DNA from: Candidatus Woesearchaeota archaeon
GTDB lineage: Archaea > Nanobdellota > Nanobdellia > Woesearchaeales > JBBIVF01
Assembly: GCA_037439845.1 (NCBI GenBank)
Contig: JBBIVF010000001.1
Location: 1,842-65,841 of the forward strand
Reading direction: 5' to 3'
Length of the DNA: 64,000 nucleotides
The notes beneath the pieces were generated by a model. That model had not been told where the DNA came from. It made no database searches and saw nothing but the letters and a program-made list of their open reading frames with translations. Position numbers and translations under genes: made by a program. Of this stretch, positions 9,624 to 17,947 are shown piece by piece (position 1 is the stretch's first letter; every line of letters begins with the position of its first letter).

Positions 9624-10805
9624 TCATTCTATCAGTCGTATCTGTAATGTTAAAATATCAAGCCGTGTTCTTGGAACTATTTCAAGAGCATTGTTGCCTA
9701 ATCTTATGTATTGATTTATTATCTTAGAATATATTCTCTCGTCCTGATTAAGATTGGTTTCGATGCCGTTGATAATCAATTTAGCACTTTTTTGGGATTC
9801 TTCATCCACAAATTCTATGTATAATTCAATATCATATGTATTGTCAATAATACTGTTAAGTGTATCTAAGTCTATGTTGAAGAAATAAACTGGATTGACT
9901 ACTTGCTTCAGTTCATTCTTGATGACTACTTGGTCAAGCAAGAAAGTGCCTTTTGTTGCCTTGAATTCAATATAATTCTCGTTTTCCTTTAGTATCAATG
10001 GAGAGAACTCTATCAATACAGGAGATTTGCAGTCAGGCACTCCTGAAAATATCTCTTTGTCATTTATAGCAATACTCAGTGCACTCACTTCTGCTTCATT
10101 GCACTCTGGTATAAACCTTAATGCAGAGCTTTTTATGTTCTTGAGTTGTGATGATTGAATCAAAAACAGATTCTTTGAGGTTTGCTTAGAGATGTCAGTT
10201 ATGTCAGCCACTATCTTTAAGTCATTGACATCAAATTCATTTTTTAGCCAGAATCTCCACCCGACCTTATCTGTTTTGAATTTCAATGTATTCTGCTCTT
10301 TAAGCATTGCTTTCGGAAGCTCTATTGGATCAACATAGCCTTTTGTTATTCTTGCATTGAATATCTCTTTGCCATTAAGTTCAATTATCATTCTGCCTTT
10401 TGATGCTCCTACATTGAATGTCATCAATACATTATTTGTGTTAGGCAAGTCTTTTATCTCAAGACCTATGATTTTTTCATTTGTGTCAAAGAATGAATCT
10501 GAAATATAGAAAGGAGCAAAAGTCTTCAGCACTTGTGGCTCTGTGCTTGTGTATAACCTTATAGGATTCAATGCAATATTTTTTGAGGTCTCTCTTGTAA
10601 CATCAATTGTGCCTGGATGCTCTAGTAAAAGAACCTTGGCAGTAACATTTGTGTGGGGTGTTGGGGTTGTGCCTGTTGTCGGACCTAGAAGCTCTTCTCT
10701 TGCTTCAGGCGGAATGAACAAAAGATATAAAATAATTATCAAAGCTATAACAACAACCAAACTTGCTGCGCTGGTGCCAGAAGGCTGGGCTTTCTTGTTT
10801 TTCAT
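9624..10805 (-). CDS. N-terminally anchored extracellular protein, first gene of the surface cluster
   Basis: 393 aa. N-terminal KKAQPSGTSAASLVVVIALIIILYLLFIPP hydrophobic anchor followed by a Thr/Pro linker. Co-directional with 6602..9580, 43-bp gap. Confidence 0.5.
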   Translation of the reverse strand: MKNKKAQPSGTSAASLVVVIALIIILYLLFIPPEAREELLGPTTGTTPTPHTNVTAKVLLLEHPGTIDVTRETSKNIALNPIRLYTSTEPQVLKTFAPFYISDSFFDTNEKIIGLEIKDLPNTNNVLMTFNVGASKGRMIIELNGKEIFNARITKGYVDPIELPKAMLKEQNTLKFKTDKVGWRFWLKNEFDVNDLKIVADITDISKQTSKNLFLIQSSQLKNIKSSALRFIPECNEAEVSALSIAINDKEIFSGVPDCKSPVLIEFSPLILKENENYIEFKATKGTFLLDQVVIKNELKQVVNPVYFFNIDLDTLNSIIDNTYDIELYIEFVDEESQKSAKLIINGIETNLNQDERIYSKIINQYIRLGNNALEIVPRTRLDILTLQIRLIE

Positions 10806-10929
10806 AATATCATCCCTTTTTTGTTGACTTTTTTGTTGAAGAGTTATTAATATTTATAATTAATATTTATAACATATATTTATAACATGAAACATTACCT
10901 TTATATATTTAAGTTTTTCTAAAATAAGT

Positions 10930-11994
10930 ATGAAAATACTTGATTTGAATGAAAAAAAAGCATTTTTTAAGGTAAAAATCGAAAATGCGGATGATTTATG
11001 GTACTTGAGTCAATTAATCGAAAAAAATGACCTTGTTAGCGGAAAAACTGAAAGAAAAGTCAAGCTTGGAGAATCAGATGAAAGGAATGTTAAAATTATA
11101 AAAAAACCTTGTTTTTTGGAAATTGAGGTTGAGAAAATTGAGTTCTCCAAGTTCCAGAATTGGTTAAGGGTTTCTGGAAGGATAAGACAGGGGCCTGAAG
11201 ATGTGCAGAAAGGTTCATACCATACATTTAATCTTGAACCTGATGTTATTGTGAATGTGCAGAAAAAGGAATTGCTTAAATATCAAGTCCAGAGACTTCG
11301 TGAAAGTGCTGAAGAGAAAGAAATAAGAGTATTGATTGTTGTGCATGATAGGGAAGATGTGATTTTCGCGAAATTAAATTCGCAAGGATATGACTTGCTA
11401 AGCGAAAAAAAAGGAGAAGTTGAGAAGAAATTTGAGGGCTCGAAAGTTGTAGGGAATTTCTATGAGGATATAATCAAGATAATAAAAGAATATGATTCGC
11501 GTTATAATTTTCATAATATTGTAGTTGCATCGCCTGCATTCTTCAAAGATGATTTGATGAAATTATTGAAAGATGATGCGTTGAAAAAGAAAATTGTGTT
11601 AGCTACTTGCTCCACTGCAGATGAAAACGGCATTAAAGAAGTTGTGAAGAGAGCTGAGATAAAAAATGTGCTGAAGCAGAACAGGTATGCGATTGAGATT
11701 CAGTTTGTGGAGGAGGTGTTGAAAGAGATAATGAAACAGGGAGCAGTTGCATATGGCTTGAAAGAAGTCGAGAATGCAACAAATATGGGTGCAATTAAAA
11801 ATCTTCTTGTCAGCGACGAGCTGATAATGAAGATGAGAGAAGAAGAGAATTATGAAAAGCTTGAGGCTATAATGAAAAATGTAGAGTCTGCAGGCGGCGA
11901 AGTTCATATAATAAATTCTGAGCATGAAGGCGGCAAAAAATTGAATGGTTTGGGAGGAATTGCTGCCTTGCTAAGATATAAGGTTTATGAATAG
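10930..11994 (+). CDS. pelA: Pelota / aDom34 mRNA surveillance protein
   Basis: 354 aa. N-terminus MKILDLNEKKAFFKVKIENADDLWYLSQLIE. eRF1-like central and C-terminal domains. Confidence 0.85.
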   Translation: MKILDLNEKKAFFKVKIENADDLWYLSQLIEKNDLVSGKTERKVKLGESDERNVKIIKKPCFLEIEVEKIEFSKFQNWLRVSGRIRQGPEDVQKGSYHTFNLEPDVIVNVQKKELLKYQVQRLRESAEEKEIRVLIVVHDREDVIFAKLNSQGYDLLSEKKGEVEKKFEGSKVVGNFYEDIIKIIKEYDSRYNFHNIVVASPAFFKDDLMKLLKDDALKKKIVLATCSTADENGIKEVVKRAEIKNVLKQNRYAIEIQFVEEVLKEIMKQGAVAYGLKEVENATNMGAIKNLLVSDELIMKMREEENYEKLEAIMKNVESAGGEVHIINSEHEGGKKLNGLGGIAALLRYKVYE

Positions 11995-12008
11995 ATTATT
12001 TAGGTTCT

Positions 12009-13514
12009 TTACTTTAGGTTCTCCAGGCCTTTCTTTGCAGTCTGGTTTCTGCTGTCTATCTTTAAGGCCTCTTGGTAAAAATATGTAGCGCAGTTTTTGT
12101 CTTTCATGAGTTCGCAGTTCTTGCCTAGGAATATGATTACATCTATATTTGTTTTGTTATTATTATAGTATTTTAGCATATGAGAGTGTGCATTCTGATA
12201 GTCTCCAATATTCATCTCAAGCTTTCCCAGTTCAAACCATTCCTTCAATTTATTGGGCTCTTTCTCGAGATATTTTTTGTACATAAATATTGCCTTTTTT
12301 GTATTGTTTGTGGATTTTTTGGCAATCTCAAGTATTTTCTTGGCTTTCATATTCTTTATTTCTTCATACCATTCTTTTTCAAGCATCTGTTCTGAATAAC
12401 TAATTTTTTTTGTTGATGTCTCTACTTCTTTTTTTGTCTTTTCTTTTTCTTGCTGCTCTTTTATGAGTTTCTGCTGGTATGTTGTTGATTCTTTTTTATA
12501 CTGCTCTAGTTCCCACATTGCTTTTTGATTACTCTTTTCTAATGCCTTTGCTTTTTCTTCCTGGGATTTGAATGCCAGAAGAGCTTGCTGCTTTTCATAT
12601 TCCGCAGTGGATAATCTTGAAAGTAAGTTGCTGTTTTCTCTTTCCAAAGAATTTACTTTTCCTTCAAGTTGATATATTTTTTGTTGTTTGTTTTTTAGAT
12701 CTTGATCTCTATTTTTCACAATAGTCTCTAATGAATTTATTTTGATTAGTGCTTGTTTATATTTCGATTTTATATATGCTTTTCCAGTAAAAATATAGCC
12801 TAAGAAAATTCCTATTATTAATGCTATTACTCCAACTACTAATAGATTTTTGGAAGTAATGTCAGAAGATGAAGAGTATGAACTAGAAGAAGGTGATGCC
12901 ACATATATTGGTCTGGCCGCAGAAGCAAGTTGTGATTTCAATGAACTTATTTTTTCCTCAAGAGATGATATTTTTGAATTAGCTTGCACCAATTCAGATT
13001 TTAAATTTTGAACTTTTGAGACTTCTTGTTCCTTTTGTTTCTTAAGTAGATCTAGCTGTTTTTCTAGCACCTCAATATTTTGCTCTTTCTCATTTAAAAG
13101 GTTCGATTTCTGTTTAAGCTCATTTGTTTTATCGCGAAGCTCGGATTGTTTTTTCCCTAGTTCCTTTGTCTTTTCCTGAAGCTCTCGTTTTAACCTTGTT
13201 ATCTCTTTGTTTTTCTCGTTTAATTGCTCTTTTAGATTCAACTCAAAACCGACTTGAGTGTCTTCAAGTCTCTTTTTTTCTATCAATAGATTTTCATACT
13301 CTTGTTTCTTTAGAGAGAGCTCATTTTCAAGAGATTCAATTTTTAATTTGATATCATCAATATTGAAAAGAGCTTTTGTGACAAGATTTGGGTTATATTT
13401 CTCAAAAAGAGACAATATGCTAATTTCAATTTCCTCTTCTTCTTTGATATATTCGTCAAAATATTTTAGAATTTTTTGATATGCATCAAAATCCTTTTTT
13501 ATCCCTTTTAACAT
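12009..13514 (-). CDS. Bitopic membrane protein with long coiled coils either side of one TM helix, and a TPR-like C-terminus
   Basis: 501 aa. Heptad-rich segments. Ser-rich linker ASPSSSSYSSSSD. TM helix LLVVGVIALIIGIFLGYIF. C-terminal helical repeats (EWFELGKLEMNIGDYQNA...YFYQEALKID). Confidence 0.5.
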   Translation of the reverse strand: MLKGIKKDFDAYQKILKYFDEYIKEEEEIEISILSLFEKYNPNLVTKALFNIDDIKLKIESLENELSLKKQEYENLLIEKKRLEDTQVGFELNLKEQLNEKNKEITRLKRELQEKTKELGKKQSELRDKTNELKQKSNLLNEKEQNIEVLEKQLDLLKKQKEQEVSKVQNLKSELVQANSKISSLEEKISSLKSQLASAARPIYVASPSSSSYSSSSDITSKNLLVVGVIALIIGIFLGYIFTGKAYIKSKYKQALIKINSLETIVKNRDQDLKNKQQKIYQLEGKVNSLERENSNLLSRLSTAEYEKQQALLAFKSQEEKAKALEKSNQKAMWELEQYKKESTTYQQKLIKEQQEKEKTKKEVETSTKKISYSEQMLEKEWYEEIKNMKAKKILEIAKKSTNNTKKAIFMYKKYLEKEPNKLKEWFELGKLEMNIGDYQNAHSHMLKYYNNNKTNIDVIIFLGKNCELMKDKNCATYFYQEALKIDSRNQTAKKGLENLK

Positions 13515-13660
13515 GATTTGGGTTAATATTCTATATTTTAAAAATATGTATTATTTTCAATAATGAAGAAAAGTTATTTTTCATTGAAAAAATATAGAAA
13601 CTCAAATAAATAATACTTAGATAATATTGAAAAGAGTATAAAAAAGAGAATAAGAGGTGA

Positions 13661-13852
13661 TTGTATATGGATGAAGATATGAATGAAGAGCATGAGAATG
13701 ATATGGAAGAAGAAGATGACATTGTTGATTATGATGCACAAGTAAAGATAGAAGCGCTTGTAAATTTACTTGTAAGAAAAGGCATTATCACAGAAGAAGA
13801 GTTTGATAAGGAGTATGATAAGGTTTTTGATGAAGAGGATGAGGAAGAATAG
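13661..13852 (+). CDS. Small highly acidic protein with a SHOCT-like motif
   Basis: 63 aa, about 50% D/E. The central KIEALVNLLVRKGIITEEEFDKEY resembles the SHOCT consensus. Confidence 0.35.
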   Translation: MYMDEDMNEEHENDMEEEDDIVDYDAQVKIEALVNLLVRKGIITEEEFDKEYDKVFDEEDEEE

Positions 13853-13875
13853 AAAATATTTTTATATTTAATTTC

Positions 13876-14244
13876 TTGATTAAGAGTTTGATTAAGCATA
13901 TGAATATCAAACAAAACAAAAAGAACAAGAATCTCTTTAAAGTCGAAAGTTCAGAAAAAGGCAACTTTTATGATGTTGATCTTGAGAAGAAGACATGTAC
14001 TTGTATGCATTTCTTGCTAAGATTGAGAAATACCGGACAACTTTGTAAGCACCTTTTAGCAGTTCAGGAAAAGTTTGGAGTAATGAAAAAAGAGAAAAAA
14101 GAGAGTATTTTGAAATATCTGGAAAAGAGGAAAGAGATTGATTCTATCGAATTGATTGAGAAATTTGGTGAGAGAGTAGTAAATGAAGCATTGAAAAATG
14201 GCATTATTATTGAAGAAAAAGGCAGAATTAAGCTCCTAAAATGA
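13876..14244 (+). CDS. SWIM-type zinc-finger protein
   Basis: CTCMHFLLRLRNTGQLCKH fits the SWIM pattern CxCx(n)CxH. Confidence 0.5.
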   Translation: MIKSLIKHMNIKQNKKNKNLFKVESSEKGNFYDVDLEKKTCTCMHFLLRLRNTGQLCKHLLAVQEKFGVMKKEKKESILKYLEKRKEIDSIELIEKFGERVVNEALKNGIIIEEKGRIKLLK

Positions 14245-14311
14245 ATATATTATTGAAAATATATTTTGTAGTATAACATAATTTAAAAAGTAGTTTTTTT
14301 TAGATGAAAAT

Positions 14312-14674
14312 ATGCAGAAGAATATTGATATTGAACTCACATGCAGTCATTGCAAGAAAAGTTTTCCTGTAAAAGAATTGAAGTATGATATTTATAAAAA
14401 TCTATTATGCAAAAATTGTATTGAATTTAGATACAACAAAAAAGGGGTAGAACAAAAAATGTTAACCAATAAGCCTAAACAAACAGAAGACCCATATGAG
14501 AAGAAGGTAAAGTACAAATGCCAAAGCTGCAAAATGAGTTTCTTGCTGAAAAGAAGGCCAGACATAAGAAAAAGATGTCCTTATTGCGGAAGAGAGAATG
14601 TAATTGAACAGGATTTTGAGCTTAGCACTGATGAATTAATAGCTGAAGCCTCGAAAAAAGAGTATGACTTTTAA
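14312..14674 (+). CDS. Double zinc-ribbon protein
   Basis: Two CxxC...CxxC units (CSHCKK...CKNC and CQSCKM...CPYCGREN). Confidence 0.45.
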   Translation: MQKNIDIELTCSHCKKSFPVKELKYDIYKNLLCKNCIEFRYNKKGVEQKMLTNKPKQTEDPYEKKVKYKCQSCKMSFLLKRRPDIRKRCPYCGRENVIEQDFELSTDELIAEASKKEYDF

Positions 14675-15463
14675 TTGTATATCATAACTTTTTTATATAA
14701 TATATTTTTAGGAAAATCAATGAAACATATCTTACAAGGCTTTTCTTTTTTCAAAAATCCAAAGATACTATTGACTTTTCTCATTTTTGATACCTTAATA
14801 TTTTTCATTATAAAATTAGGAGAAAACGTTCCTAAATCTTTCTGGTATGCTCTTTTGTTTTTGTTTATGCTTCTATTGATAACTACAATCGCAAGATCTT
14901 TTGAGTATGGCCTTCTTTTTTTAGAGCATAAAAAGAAAAAAATAGAGATGATTGTTTCAAAAATATTTTTCAAAATTATGCTATCCAGCTTCATTGGCTA
15001 TATGGCTATGATAATAACATTAATTCTGATGGTTTTGGGATATTATTTTTTCAAAAATACATTGGATATGCGTTTCCTTAGTATTATTATTGTGCTTTTT
15101 GCTATGTTGATATTGTTGGCAATTTATTTCGTGACAAACATTGTTCAAATATTGCTGATAAAATACAAGAAAAAGAAAATCGGTTCATTATATTCAATTT
15201 ATTCATTTGCATTAATGCATTTAAAGAAAAAAGACATTTATTTCATAATATCAGTAGATATCTGCATAATATTGGCGTATTGCATAATAGCATTGATAAT
15301 GCTTTTTCTTACAGGAGGTCTGAAACCTAGGGTTGCTGGAAATGTTATTTTCAAATATTATTCTGTGCTGACATTCATCACTTGGCTTTTTACTTATGTA
15401 TCAAACAAATTTATGCTATTTAAGATGTTGGAACATGATAAAAGTCAAATTGATAAAGGTTAG
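14675..15463 (+). CDS. Polytopic membrane protein, unknown function
   Basis: 262 aa with about 6 hydrophobic helices. Confidence 0.45.
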   Translation: MYIITFLYNIFLGKSMKHILQGFSFFKNPKILLTFLIFDTLIFFIIKLGENVPKSFWYALLFLFMLLLITTIARSFEYGLLFLEHKKKKIEMIVSKIFFKIMLSSFIGYMAMIITLILMVLGYYFFKNTLDMRFLSIIIVLFAMLILLAIYFVTNIVQILLIKYKKKKIGSLYSIYSFALMHLKKKDIYFIISVDICIILAYCIIALIMLFLTGGLKPRVAGNVIFKYYSVLTFITWLFTYVSNKFMLFKMLEHDKSQIDKG

Positions 15464-15587
15464 ATGTCCGCATTGCAAGAACACGATGAATACAGCACCG
15501 AAATGCATTGCTGATTCTAAAAAGAGATGTGTGTATTGCGGCAGGACTTTTAAGGTCAAAGATCACATAATCCAAATATGTTCTTGA
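15435..15587 (+). CDS. Small C4 zinc-ribbon protein, possibly ribosomal protein S27e-like
   Basis: Internal Met of track ORF 15396..15587. MIKVKLIKVRCPHCKNTMNTAPKCIADSKKRCVYCGRTFKV resembles the S27e pattern VKVKCPDC...C.VCGR.L. It overlaps the 3' ends of the neighbouring genes on both strands. Confidence 0.3.
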   Translation: MIKVKLIKVRCPHCKNTMNTAPKCIADSKKRCVYCGRTFKVKDHIIQICS

Positions 15588-16302
15588 GTATTTCCAAAAG
15601 TCTTAAGAAATCAGAATTGGATATTGTCATCAGACCCTTATTCAAAAAAGAATTAAAAGAATTCTGATATTGTGAGAGGATTTCTTTTGACTGGCGTTTA
15701 GTGTGATCTTTTGCGATTAGAATCTCGATGATTGCATTTTTTATTTTCTTATCGTGCTGCTTGATGAGTTCAAACAATAATTGCTGCTTTTTTGTTCTTT
15801 TTTCTCTTAATTTCAATACTAATATGACTGACTTTGTTCTGGGTTTGGGCTCAAAGGCAAAGGGCTCTACATTTTCTTTATGTTCTATCTCATAAACTGC
15901 ATCAACAAGATGATGTATTTTAGAATCCGGGTTATTCAACAAATTATAGAAATTCTGGCCTACTGTCAGCACACAGAGTTCTGGCCTCTTTATGATAATA
16001 ATTTTGAACAATTGCTCGGAGATAGAATAAGGAATGTTAGCAACTATCTTATTGAAGTCAATGTCATAAATATTTTTGATTATATCCCCGATTATGACTT
16101 CTTTTGTTATTTTTTTTAGCTCTTTTTCGAATTTTTCATCAATTTCGACCACTATAACTTTGCACTTTAATGCGAGTTCTTTAGTTAAAGCACCTTTGCC
16201 TCCGCCTATCTCAAGAACTCTGTCTGATTCTTTTAGCTCTGCGTATATGGCCATTCTTTTTATTAATGAGGAGTCTATCATGTAATGCTGGTCATAGTTC
16301 AT
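15556..16302 (-). CDS. rsmA: 16S rRNA (adenine-N6,N6)-dimethyltransferase KsgA/Dim1
   Basis: SAM-binding motif LEIGGGKGALT and catalytic motif VANIPYSIS. 248 aa. Confidence 0.85.
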   Translation of the reverse strand: MNYDQHYMIDSSLIKRMAIYAELKESDRVLEIGGGKGALTKELALKCKVIVVEIDEKFEKELKKITKEVIIGDIIKNIYDIDFNKIVANIPYSISEQLFKIIIIKRPELCVLTVGQNFYNLLNNPDSKIHHLVDAVYEIEHKENVEPFAFEPKPRTKSVILVLKLREKRTKKQQLLFELIKQHDKKIKNAIIEILIAKDHTKRQSKEILSQYQNSFNSFLNKGLMTISNSDFLRLLEILKNIFGLCDL

Positions 16303-16344
16303 ATTATAGAATAAATAGAAAGAGTATTAAAATTTATCTCGGAT

Positions 16345-16578
16345 TTATTCAACTACCTCTTCCTCTTCGTCTTGTGATGCCCAATTTTTGAGGCATTCTA
16401 TTGAACAGAATTTCAAAGTATCAACTTTTGGCTTGATTTTCCATTTAGCTATCAGAGTAAAATTGTCATTTTCTGAATAGATGGGTTTTTGACAGTAACT
16501 GCACTTCTCTCCGCCGTTTTTTACTTTCCAGGTTTTCTGGTTGCTTGCCTTTGTTATGGTCTTGAAATATTTTGTCAT
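16345..16578 (-). CDS. Small Cys-containing protein with an acidic tail, unknown function
   Basis: 77 aa. CSYCQK...CSIEC spacing. C-terminal DEEEEVVE. Confidence 0.3.
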   Translation of the reverse strand: MTKYFKTITKASNQKTWKVKNGGEKCSYCQKPIYSENDNFTLIAKWKIKPKVDTLKFCSIECLKNWASQDEEEEVVE

Positions 16579-16624
16579 TTCATCTATATAATATGAACTA
16601 ATTCAAAAAGTTTTATGAAAAAAA

Positions 16625-17125
16625 CTAAAAAATTATGTCTTGAAGCTCTTTTATCTCTGATTCAAGTTCATTGATTATGGGCTTATTATCATAATGCTCC
16701 ATCAATGCTCCGCATTCAGGGCATTTGTAATCATAAGAAAGTGCTTGCTCGAAGTCTAGCCTAATACATCTGTTTCTGCAAAAGAAATATGAATTGTTCT
16801 GTTCTTTTTCCAAAAGGTCTTTTTTCTTCGCGAGCTTTATCTTGTTAAGGTTGTTTAAGGCATATTTCAGCTGCTTTGGTTTAAAGGTCCAATAGTAAAT
16901 ATACCAGCCTTTTTTGATATCCTTTTTTTTGCTGAAAGTCACTAAATTGATTTGATAGAGTTTATAAAGCAAATTCCTCACTTCATTGACTTCTTTACCT
17001 AAAATTTCGGCTATTTTGAATTCTGAGAGATTTTTCTTGTCTTTTATTAATCTAGCAACATCTAATACATCCTCGCTGACTAAATTCAGTATTATTTCAT
17101 CAAATAATTTATTTGAAACCTTCAT
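16625..17125 (-). CDS. tfe: Transcription factor E (TFIIE-alpha homolog)
   Basis: N-terminal winged helix followed by a Zn ribbon (FFCRNRCIRLDF...YKCPECGALM). 166 aa. Confidence 0.75.
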   Translation of the reverse strand: MKVSNKLFDEIILNLVSEDVLDVARLIKDKKNLSEFKIAEILGKEVNEVRNLLYKLYQINLVTFSKKKDIKKGWYIYYWTFKPKQLKYALNNLNKIKLAKKKDLLEKEQNNSYFFCRNRCIRLDFEQALSYDYKCPECGALMEHYDNKPIINELESEIKELQDIIF

Positions 17126-17319
17126 TTTAATCCCGTATCTAAAATGAGAGAATTTTTTTTTGAGATAATGTCATATTTAAATATTTTGGAAATAGTATAT
17201 TTTATATATGTTCTATATGCATATTATTTGTCTTTTATAGAAGTTTTATATAAAAGTTTTAAAAAGACATTATAATAAGATAAAAACCTTTATAAAGCAC
17301 TTCGAAAAACTTTTTCTTT

Positions 17320-17586
17320 ATGGTAAGAGGAATGTTTAAATCAAGGAGTTTAAGAAGGGTTTATGTAAAAACTCCAGGAGGAAAAACTGTTCTGAGATAC
17401 AGATTCAGAAAGCCGAATTTAGCCAAATGTGGAAAATGTGGCAAAACTTTAAAAGGCATTCCTAGAGAAAGACCTTATAAAATGAAAAATCTTGCAAAGA
17501 CAAAGAAAAGGCCTGAGAGGATGTTTGGCGGAGTGCTTTGTTCTGCATGTTCAAGAAATGAAATAAAAAGAAGGGCAAGACAATGA
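17320..17586 (+). CDS. rpl34e: Ribosomal protein L34e
   Basis: MVRGMFKSRSLRRVYVKTPGGKTVLRYRFRKP...KCGKCGK matches the L34e N-terminus and Zn motif. Confidence 0.8.
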   Translation: MVRGMFKSRSLRRVYVKTPGGKTVLRYRFRKPNLAKCGKCGKTLKGIPRERPYKMKNLAKTKKRPERMFGGVLCSACSRNEIKRRARQ

Positions 17587-17945
17587 TTGAAGTTGGAAGA
17601 TTATGCGTGAAATTGGCAGGAAGAGATTCTGGAAAGAAATGCGTAATAGTCGACGTGCTCGACAAGGATTATGTCCTCATAGACGGCGAGACAAGAAGAA
17701 GAAAGTGCAATATTGACCATATTGAGCCCCTAAAAGATAAAATAGATATAGCAAAAGGAGCATCGCACGAAACTGTTAAAACTGCATTTAAGAAACTAGG
17801 TATTGAAGTTATTGATACAAAAAAGAAAGAAAAAAAAGAAAAGCCTATTCGCAGTAGAGTTGCAAAAGTGAAACAACAAACTTCTTCAGAGAAAGAGCCT
17901 GCCAAAAAAGAAAATAAAAAAGAAAAAAAAGAACTCAAAAAATAG
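17583..17945 (+). CDS. rpl14e: Ribosomal protein L14e with a Lys-rich tail
   Basis: MIEVGRLCVKLAGRDSGKKCVIVDVLDKDYVLIDG is the L14e signature. Its start overlaps the L34e stop (ATGA). Confidence 0.8.
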   Translation: MIEVGRLCVKLAGRDSGKKCVIVDVLDKDYVLIDGETRRRKCNIDHIEPLKDKIDIAKGASHETVKTAFKKLGIEVIDTKKKEKKEKPIRSRVAKVKQQTSSEKEPAKKENKKEKKELKK

Positions 17946-17947
17946 AA

